Shown here in pieces: positions 57,007 to 64,000 of a DNA stretch of 64,000 nt (its first letter is position 1; each line of letters opens with the position of its first letter). Location of the stretch: positions 153,884,001-153,948,000 of the forward strand of contig OZ024741.1 in NCBI GenBank assembly GCA_964016885.1. The letters are read 5' to 3'. This stretch comes from Eledone cirrhosa. Lineage: Eukaryota. Below the pieces are notes generated by a model. That model made no database searches and was not told the origin of the DNA. It worked only from the letters and a program-made list of their open reading frames with translations. A program made the translations under genes and the position numbers.

Positions 57007-57285
57007 TCATCATCATCATTACCGTTTATTGTCCTTTTTTCCATGCTAGCATGGGTTAAACAAGTTGTCCTGTTGTGAGAAAAGCCAAGTCAGATGACCA
57101 TGTCTTGCTCATACAGAACGGTTTCTGGCTTGGTCTCTATGGCTGGATGCCCTTGTTAATGCCAAGCACATTTACAGTGGATACTGGGTGCTTTTTGTTA
57201 TGACACCTACACACCCAGTTTACAGTGTGGACTGGGTGCTTTTTGTTGTGTCACCTACATGACCACTTTACAGTGTGGACTGGGG
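57007..57285 (-). mobile_element. Family 2 repeat, copy B with (GAT)n tail
   Basis: Reverse-complement homologue of copy A (e.g. GTCAGATGACCATG, TTGCTCATACAGAAC, TTTCTGGCTTGGT). The (CAT)n run at 57007-57019 is the 3' tail. Confidence 0.78.
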
Positions 57286-57557
57286 ACTTGAATGGTGGAA
57301 GTAGATCTAGAGACATGTGTGAGGGGCAGAGTGTTAGGGAGTGGGTGGAGTGTTAGGACGTGGGAGGTATATGGAAGGGGGGATGGAGGGGAAGGTGTGC
57401 ATACTTCAACCTGTGCTTATGGGAAGGCAGGTCTGTATTATTATAGTGCTAGAGATCTTCGTCATGTGTCATCACCTTTGAGGGGTGCAGTTATGCAAGG
57501 TCAGCTTTTATCACCTCATTCCAAGTCTTCCAACTCCATAGCGATGATGATGAAGGT

Positions 57558-57584
<27 letters not shown>
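57558..57584. repeat. (CA)n microsatellite
   Basis: Direct reading. Confidence 0.95.
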
Positions 57585-57588
<4 letters not shown>

Positions 57589-57835
57589 ATGATAATAATA
57601 AACAAAACATGTTCTCTTCAGATAAAATCCACAGATGTAGATATCATTTGAGAACATGTTTTGACTTATGTTATACATAAGCCATACATCTTTGAAATAC
57701 GTATAATAAAATAAATAGTAAATAGTAGGACTAAAGTAACTGTCTTTCGTTTATTATTATTATAACAAAACTCTGGATAAACAAATACCGTCAAGTGCTT
57801 GACATCTGTTATATAAAAGTCAGCTGATTCTAAAT

Positions 57836-57838
<3 letters not shown>

Positions 57839-57868
<30 letters not shown>
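57839..57868. repeat. (TA)15 microsatellite
   Basis: Direct reading. Confidence 0.95.
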
Positions 57869-57874
<6 letters not shown>

Positions 57875-57915
57875 TGTGTGTGTGTATGTGCATTATAAAT
57901 ATCTATCTATACATA

Positions 57916-58400
57916 CAGATAAAATTTATCTTCACTAGAAGACGAAATAGAGTGACAGTTGTAAACACTAAATCCCTCCCTGGTGAAGAATGCACCTCCC
58001 AACATAACCTAGTAGTTAGCGACCTCATAGTTAACCCTTTAGTGTTCAAACCAGCCAAAACCGGCCAGAATTCTCTACCTCTATCTGTTGAAACTAGTTG
58101 TAACTGGTCGCTCAAACTGATGTTAAGATATTGTTCTCAAAACAAATACTTTCAAAATCTCATAGATTCGATATTATGTGAGATAATTATGTGCGGTAAA
58201 GCCTTTACCATGAAAATATAATAGTATATATAAAATAATGTGAATGCTAGATGAACTCAATGACAGAGGACATCCTGGAGGAGGAGAATATAGAAGTTAA
58301 AAGAACTCACAGCCAGTAACAAATTTAGAGATATGCTGCTTGATGCATTTGACAGAAAGGAAGAACAAATAGAGACATACAATATAGAGGAGCAGTGGGA
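57916..58400 (+). pseudogene. RTE-clade LINE fragment (end of AP endonuclease domain plus linker), split by a MITE
   Basis: QIKFIFTRRR...KSLPGEECTSQHNLVVSDL resembles the last APE motifs (IDYIL...xxH.LV). After the MITE the frame reads SWRRRI*KLKELTASNKFRDMLLDAFDRKEEQIETYNIEEQW, an RTE 'RIWKLK' linker with TGG>TAG. Confidence 0.7.
58035..58249. mobile_element. piggyBac-type MITE, right terminus missing
   Basis: TTAA|CCCTTTAGTGTTCAAACC at 58031-58052. It is the reverse-complement homologue of 63082-63288 and lacks the terminal AAGGG-TTAA. Confidence 0.8.
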
Positions 58401-58401
58401 G

Positions 58402-58566
58402 CCCACACTGTAAAGTGGTAGTGTGAAAGTGAAACAACAAAAAGGGCTCAGTCTACACTGTAAAGTGGTTGTATAGGTGTCATGACAAAAAGCACCCAGT
58501 CCATGTTGTAAATGTGGTTGGCATTAGGAAGGGCATCCGGCCATAGAAACCAAGCCAGAAACAGTT
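58402..58566 (+). mobile_element. Family 2 repeat, copy C (interrupted by hairpin)
   Basis: CACACTGTAAAGTGG repeats and GGCATTAGGAAGGGCATCCGGCCATAGAAACCAAGCCAGAAACAGTT match copies A and B, then homology stops. Confidence 0.78.
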
Positions 58567-58689
58567 TATTATTATTATTATTGTTGTTGTTGTTGTTAGT
58601 GGTTGTAGTCGACATGGTCGTAGTCTATGACTACGACCATGTCGACTACGACCACTAACAACAACAACAACAATAATAATAATAATAAA
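58565..58689. repeat. 125-bp near-perfect inverted repeat (61-bp arms, 3-nt loop)
   Basis: TTT(ATT)5(GTT)5AGTGGTTGTAGTCGACATGGTCGTAGTC-TAT-GACTACGACCATGTCGACTACGACCACT(AAC)5(AAT)5AAA, with a single T58604/G58650 mismatch. Confidence 0.97.
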
Positions 58690-58808
58690 AGTGATGTTGA
58701 TGGTGATGATTACTAGAAAATGCTATTTTCATCATTTCTAAAAATAGCAAAACAATTGATGCTTTGGATAGGATCAATTAGTGGTCGTTAAACATGCTCA
58801 ACCAACCG

Positions 58809-58917
58809 TGACGCCTAAACCAATCAGCTTTAGTAATTCAATGAAACTACACACCGATTGGTCGAAATATAGTTTGCAAGATTTAGCATTCTAGAGCCAC
58901 TTTTCACTGTATATAAG
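58809..58917 (+). promoter_or_regulatory. Pol II promoter-like motif cluster upstream of hammerhead motif
   Basis: TGACG at 58809, CCAATC at 58820, inverted CCAAT (GATTGG) at 58856 and TATATAAG at 58910. Motif match only. Confidence 0.45.
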
Positions 58918-58979
58918 GTACACAATTTACCCATCTCATTACAGTTGAAAATTGCAAACTTGACTGTCACCACACATTA

Positions 58980-59018
58980 TGAACCTGAAGATTGCGAAAG
59001 CATGAAAGTACTTGTTCA
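58980..59018 (+). ncRNA. Minimal type I hammerhead ribozyme motif (Penelope-like element type)
   Basis: Stem I TGAAC, core CTGAAGA, stem II T-TGC-GAAA-GCA-T, core GAAA, palindromic GTAC, UH = TT, stem I' GTTCA. All core elements are in the correct order. Confidence 0.7.
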
Positions 59019-59169
59019 ATTAACACTTAACATTTAATATTCTATCATACTATTTCATTATAACCCCATTATAAATTTTAAAGGATTGTAAATAAAACGA
59101 GTAAATCAGACAAAGTTGGAATTCCTCTTATTAATATAATCTTCTATACACAATCATACACACCCGTGT

Positions 59170-59226
59170 ATATTTATCTATATCTATATATATATATATA
59201 GATATATTTGTGTGTGTGTGTGGGTG

Positions 59227-59261
<35 letters not shown>

Positions 59262-59388
59262 CCACACACACATATATATGTGTGTGTATATATATGTGTG
59301 TATATATATGTGTGTGTATATATGTGTGTGTATATATGTATACACACACAAACACACACATATATAATGTATATACACATACACACAT
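59170..59388. repeat. Compound (TA)/(TG)/(CA) microsatellite with fold-back symmetry
   Basis: Direct reading. It is the source of the low-complexity ORFs at 59131-59502. Confidence 0.95.
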
Positions 59389-59797
59389 GCCAACAATCAA
59401 AGAGAAAAAGCCAATATAACATAAAAATGTAGAAAGCGATGCAATAAACCCAATTCTAGCATCCTCCATAAAGTGTAGGTCATTTTCCTTTTGGGAAATC
59501 AAGCATTTCTAGAAAATTCTGGAAATGGAAATTAATGGAAAATTGATTGTTTCTGCTGGAATATTCTAGAATTGATAACACTTGTGCTGTTCAGGCTTCG
59601 CTGAATTTCTAACTGCAATAGCCATGTTATTGGCACCCATATATAAACAGTTGTAGTAAAACCAATAATATTGATGCTGCTACACTCTAGTGTGGCAATA
59701 ACAACAATAACATAGCCAGAACCTATCAATCCAGATAAGTGTTGTTGACAGAGGGCAGGCTTTGTTTTAGTTTCAAATTGTGAGAAGGGCATCTCAC

Positions 59798-59885
59798 CTG
59801 ATGAAGATCCCTGTGAGGTGAAATGGGTGATGCAATGGGTGTCACTGGACATTCTCTGTGGTAATGTTCTGTCCACAGATTGCAG
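59798..59885 (-). other. Candidate 88-bp internal exon
   Basis: Minus strand reads TATTTCAG|CTGCAATC...CTTCATCAG|GTGAGA with two frames open, in non-repetitive sequence. No homology recognised. Confidence 0.25.
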
Positions 59886-59964
59886 CTGAAATATACCATC
59901 CAGTGCAGAATTTTTGCATTCACAATTTTTTTTTTTCTCTTTGTTATTATTAAATGCACAATAG

Positions 59965-60172
59965 GGTGGTGGATTGGCAGAATCATTTGAGTGTTGTGTA
60001 AAATGCTTAGTGGTATTTGTAACTGCTCTTTACATTCGGAGTTCAAATCCCGCTAAGGCCAACTTTGTCTTTCATCCTTCTGAGGGTTATAAAATAAAGA
60101 ACCAATATAGGGGGTCAATATAATCGACTTTACCATTCCTGCAACTTGCAGGCCTTTTACTTAGATCAGAAA
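59965..60172 (+). mobile_element. SINE family 1, older and longer subfamily
   Basis: GGTGGATTGGCAGAATC (A box), GGAGTTCAAATCC (B box) and AACTTTGTCTTTCATCCTT. TSD TTATTATTAAAT(G/A)CACA at 59944-59960 and 60173-60189. Confidence 0.85.
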
Positions 60173-60371
60173 TTATTATTAAATACACACTGTTTATGTA
60201 TGTTATTTCTGTTTATAGAACATTAAATGGGGTTTTGTCCCTTATAATGTATATTAGATGCTACATGCACAGCATGAAACTTGTGCAGCAACTATTTTCT
60301 CATTCTTGTATAGATTATGTGTTTCTCTTACTCATGACATCAAGTAGTAGACATAATCCATTAGCTGGTTT

Positions 60372-60412
60372 ACCACCACCACCACCACCACTACCACCAC
60401 CACCACCACCAC
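60372..60412. repeat. (ACC)n microsatellite
   Basis: Direct reading. It explains the poly-Pro and poly-Gly ORFs. Confidence 0.95.
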
Positions 60413-60490
60413 TTAGTATTGGGGTGCTTTTAGTAGAGTTTAATCTGTTGCAAGCCTTGTATATTTGCATGTCATAGTGTGCTATTAAAA

Positions 60491-60577
60491 GTGTTGGCAC
60501 TAAAAAAGGCATCCAGCTTTAATACATTGCCTCAAAAAGGACCCTATGAGGGCCGGCAGGGAAAATGGCCTTAAAAT
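60491..60577 (+). mobile_element. Highly degraded family 2-like remnant
   Basis: GTTGGCACTAAAAAAGGCATCCAGC...GGAAAATGGCCTTAAA weakly matches the family 2 core and 3' end. Confidence 0.35.
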
Positions 60578-60721
60578 ACTTGAAGACTTTGCTCTACGCA
60601 TTGAAGCAAAGTTTCCAATTTAAGGATAACCTCTTCCCCTTTCTCACATCAACCATAGAGGCACATTAGTGCTACACTCTCTGCTCACTACTAGTATCAT
60701 TTTAGTTGCTGTTGCTGGTGA

Positions 60722-60820
60722 TTTCTCCCATGGGCACAAGGCCAAACATCTGTAGAGAAAAGGTACATTGAATTGACCCAAATATATGATGGGTATTGCT
60801 TTTATTGGGCCAGGATTTCA
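60722..60820 (-). mobile_element. Highly degraded SINE family 1 3' remnant
   Basis: TTTCT...GGCACAAGGCCA...GGTATTGCTTTTATTG resembles 62745-62807 (TTTCTACTGTTGGCACAAGGCCAG...GGTACTTTATTTTATCG). Confidence 0.4.
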
Positions 60821-61277
60821 AAAGATGCAATGCTACCAACAACAATACCAACAAAATAACAGAGAGACCTTACTGCATTTATTTTTTTCCCTACTATATA
60901 TATTTACACCTTAACTATATTTTATCCATTGTTGTCCAACCCTAAAACATATCAACATTCTGTCATTCTATTTGCCTGGCGACATTCCTTTTTTTTCCCC
61001 ACATTCCACAAAAAGAATTCCAGCCATTTTTTTTCTTTCCTTTCTGTGAGGTGTTGTATTAGTTTAAATGTGTCAATATTAAGTATACACTTCCTTTTAG
61101 TGAAGTGATTCTAATATCAGAAAATTTAATACACAATTATAGAGAGCAACACAAATACACATCTTTGAATCCCTCATAATATTAAACTCTTTGATACCGA
61201 ACTGCCTGAAACAGCCCTAGGTTCTAAGATACAAAACTTTATTTTAAAGTGCTTATATTTATCTAAAAACTTCTTTG

Positions 61278-62690
61278 TAGCAGCTCCAGTAATCCTTGCA
61301 TTTAATTCAGCCTTCTGCTTGACATTATTTGTGAAAACGGGCTTGAGATACTTGAACTTCCCCTCCAGCTTCAGTGTAACTCCTCTCATATATAGAGTGT
61401 ACTGCACAGGATTTCTTGAGACCATGAATGTCTGTCTTCACAGCACTGGTTTTTATCCTTGCTACACAGCACTCAGTAGCAAACCTATTCAGTACATGTT
61501 GGAGATCACCTTCCAATGACTGATCCTACACCCACTGGTCTTGATACCACTTAAAGCCCTGCTTTGCATGTCAAACCTGTCCATGAATATGATGAACAGG
61601 AGAGATAACAGAATGCATGCTTGATGGAGTCCAACACCCACATTGAATGGTTTCAACTTAGTACCATTTATCTGAACACAAATACTTGCGCATTCAGATA
61701 TGGAATTCAAGGCAACAAGAAGCTGTCCATTGATCCCATATTCCTGCAGAACTTTCCACAACAAGTCCTGTGGAACATGGTCATATGCCTTTTTGAGGTC
61801 CACCAAATAAGCATACATTTCTTGGCAAACTCCCACAATTTCTTGAAAACCTGCCACTGAGTGAATATTTTGTCGCCTGAGCTACATCTGGAATGAAAAC
61901 CACACGGTTTGTCAGCTACCTTAGATTCACCAATAGCCATACATCTCTTTTCAAGACACTTAGCATGTAGACTTTTCCAGGGAGGCTTAACAAGGAGATT
62001 CCTCTATAATTAGAGCAATCACTCTCATCCCCCTTTTTGAGAATTGGCATTATCACTTCCAATTGCCATTGTTTTGCCTTTCTAGAGATCCAGGCCACCT
62101 AGCACACATGAGTCAGCCAGAAAATATCTTCTCTTAACATCTCAAGACGAATTTCATCTTCCCCAGAGGCTCTGCCACATTTGAGCGCTTTAATTGCTCT
62201 CATAACGTCAGTCTCCAAGAGGTTAGTCAGTGCTCCTAGATGTACCTTGAGTACATCAGATGCTGTTGTGACCGGGTTTAGGAGATCAGTAAAGTATTCT
62301 CTCCACCTTCAAAGAGAAGAATCCTAGACAAGTTCTTGATAGCAGGCATGGAGGAAACTTATAATTATGCAGTCTGTGGATTGTTTGCCAGAATATTTTA
62401 TAAGCTGATCTAAAGTTGGATTTCAGCTTAACCCCAAAGTCCTCTCAATTCTTAACATTGAACACTTTTACTGTCTCTACTGCAACTTTACATGCATGTT
62501 TGCATTGCATGTGCACAAAGGAAGACTTATTTCGAAGCCAAGCTTTGTAAACCTTCTTTGCTCAAAGGTATCTTTAACTACCTGATTAAACCAAGGTGTC
62601 CTCCTGCCACTCAGCACCACACCAAGCCACTTCTGCCCTCACCATTTAACAGGTGAAACAGAAACTGCAGATTTAAAAACTTTCCATCAT
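61278..62690 (-). pseudogene. Dead RTE-clade LINE reverse transcriptase fragment (Rex3/Expander-like)
   Basis: Frameshifted motifs in order: RTPWFNQVVK, WREYFTDLLNP, PILKKGD..CSNYRGISLLSLPGKVY, VDLKKAYDHV..LLWKVL, GVGLHQACILL.LLFIIFMD, LQHVLNRF, KFKYL. The catalytic (F/Y)ADD segment is absent. Confidence 0.9.
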
Positions 62691-62743
62691 AATTTTATGT
62701 AAAGACATATATTAAGTTATGTTCCAAATGCTATATTAATAAT

Positions 62744-62925
62744 TGTTTCTACTGTTGGCACAAGGCCAGCAATTATCCCAGTGTATTACTGGTACTTTAT
62801 TTTATCGACCCCGTAAGGATGAAAGGCAAAGTTAACCTCAGCGGGATTTGAATGCAGACCGTAAAGGGCCATAACTCTATGCTGCAAAGCATGGCGTCCA
62901 CCCTCTACCGATACTGTCAATCCAC
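62744..62925 (-). mobile_element. SINE family 1, same subfamily as the array copies
   Basis: Full-length reverse-complement homologue of the 182-bp insert. TSD TGCTATATT(A/G)ATAAT at 62729-62743 and 62926-62940. Confidence 0.9.
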
Positions 62926-63045
62926 TGCTATATTGATAATGAGAAAGTTAGTCATATTGAAAAACTCCTCTGAATTCTTTATTTTCAAAATTATTTGAAA
63001 ATCATAGAGCAGTGTATTTCATTAGAAAGGTGATGATGAAAGCCT

Positions 63046-63390
63046 GCCTACATAGTATACTCTGCATGTGAGTGGAGTTAACCCTTTAGTATTCACATTA
63101 CTCTATATATACTATTATATTTTCATGATAAATGCTTTATCTCACATAATATTGAATCTATGAGATTTTGAAAGTATTTATTTTGAGAACAATATCTTAA
63201 CATCAGTTTGAGCGACCAGTTTCAGCCAGTTTCTACAGAAAAAGGTAGAGAATTCTGGCCGGTTTTGGCCGGTTTGAACATTAAAGGGTTAAACTGAAGT
63301 TGGTGGAGAAGTGCAAGTAGCTCGGGGCTGTTTTCATGAGTGGTGGAAAGCAGGAAACTGAATTAAATGCAAGAATTGCTGGAGCTGGTA
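63046..63390 (+). pseudogene. Short RTE RT C-terminal fragment split by a MITE
   Basis: Removing the MITE and one TTAA gives YTLHVSGVKLKLVEKCK*LGAVFMSGGKQETELNARIAGAG, homologous to YTLYMRGVTLKLEGKFKYLKPVFTNNVKQKAELNARITGAA at ~61280-61400 (-). Confidence 0.8.
63082..63288. mobile_element. Complete 207-bp piggyBac-type MITE
   Basis: TTAA TSD at 63078-63081 and 63289-63292. TIRs CCCTTTAGTATTCA / TGAACATTAAAGGG match 12/14. CCC termini with TTAA are the piggyBac signature. Confidence 0.88.
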
Positions 63391-63412
63391 GAGAGAGAGA
63401 GAGAGAGAGAGA
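63391..63412. repeat. (GA)11 microsatellite
   Basis: Direct reading. Confidence 0.95.
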
Positions 63413-63555
63413 AAAGAAGATTTTCTGGCACCTTTGGTCTTTTATTTATTATCCAGATATAATTATGGGAGTACTCAAGAATTACCTACATCCCACTAAA
63501 CTAGTTAATTCATGTTAGGGGTTATCACTTGGAATCAAATTTAATTTCAAACAAT

Positions 63556-63836
63556 TCATCATCATCATAATTTTACGTCCGCCTTTACCTGCTTGCAAGG
63601 GTGGGACAGGTCTTATTCAGCACAGCATCTCTCCACTCGTCACGGTCCCTCATCATCTCCACCGTGAGCTTCCATGATCTGAGGTCTGTTCTCACCACCT
63701 CCGCCCATGTTTTTCGTGGTCTACCTCTACCACGTCTTCCTTCAACTGGCAATTCCTGGCACTTCTTCACCCAACGGTCATCCTCCATGCGCATCACATG
63801 TCCATACCACCTCAGTCTCCTCTCCCGTACACTACA
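63556..63836 (-). mobile_element. 5'-truncated RTE LINE 3' end with (GAT)n tail
   Basis: ERRLRWYGHVMRM...VEGRRGRGRPRKTW...DRDEWR is the canonical RTE C-terminus. It is followed by a stop at 63585, a short 3' UTR and an ATGATGATGATG tail. Confidence 0.92.
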
Positions 63837-63857
63837 ATTGTATCTATATATCATTAT

Positions 63858-64000
63858 CAGTATCGGTAGAGGGTTGGGTGCCATGCTTTCTAGCACAGTT
63901 ACGTCCCTTTACGGACTGAGTTCAAATCCCGCCGAGGTTAACTTTGCTTTTCATCCTTACGGGGTCGATAAAATAAAGTACCAGTAATACACTGGGATAA
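63858..64000 (+). mobile_element. SINE family 1, slightly 5'-truncated, runs off window
   Basis: CAGTATCGGTAGAG...GAGTTCAAATCCCGCCGAGGTTAACTTTGC...GGGGTCGATAAAATAAAGTAC matches the array copies. Confidence 0.9.

Noticed and set aside
57320-57400. G-rich tract with one TTAGGG (G-quadruplex or telomeric seed) and the 119-aa ORF 57292-57651
   Set aside because: G-runs are irregular with long loops and there is only a single telomere-like hexamer. The ORF runs through a (CA)n repeat and has no recognisable domain.
59131-59502. Overlapping ORFs rich in Y/I/H/T/V/C
   Set aside because: They are translations of the compound dinucleotide microsatellite.
59790-59835. Second hammerhead-like match CTGATGA...GAAA
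   Set aside because: Stem II does not pair, and there is no UH cleavage site or stem III between GAAA and the putative stem I. Likely chance.
60196-60512. Poly-Pro and poly-Gly ORFs
   Set aside because: They are produced by the (ACC)n microsatellite and have no other coding signal.
61174-62098. Active reverse transcriptase gene
   Set aside because: It is split across several frames, has stops, lacks the catalytic motif and is truncated at both ends.
63551-63839. ACAATT as TSD of the RTE 3' fragment
   Set aside because: It is only 6 bp, AT-rich and overlaps probable element sequence, so it cannot be distinguished from chance.

Overview
Eukaryotic, repeat-dominated DNA with no intact protein-coding gene. 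The dispersed repeats look like those of octopus/cephalopod genomes, but this is recall rather than a database result. Positions 1-~55,689 are one head-to-tail array of a 69-bp monomer, roughly 785 copies and open at the left edge (consensus TCTGGCTGAGTATACCTGATATCTAGCTTGTCTTCTATTTACCTGCTATTATACCTTGATCTTCCCACT). The array has two variant domains, nested higher-order duplications, and one 182-bp tRNA-type SINE insertion (15-bp TSD) that was co-amplified to 8 nearly identical copies and locally purged. The last ~8.3 kb is a transposon graveyard: two SINE-like families, four dead RTE-clade LINE fragments, two TTAA piggyBac-type MITEs nested in RTE fragments, and microsatellites. It also holds a 125-bp near-perfect hairpin, a minimal type I hammerhead ribozyme motif behind CCAAT/TATA boxes (Penelope-like pLTR architecture) and one weak candidate exon. 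The ORF-track entries are satellite artefacts, microsatellite or chance ORFs, or LINE remnants. All comparisons were made by eye, so boundaries of degraded repeats are approximate.
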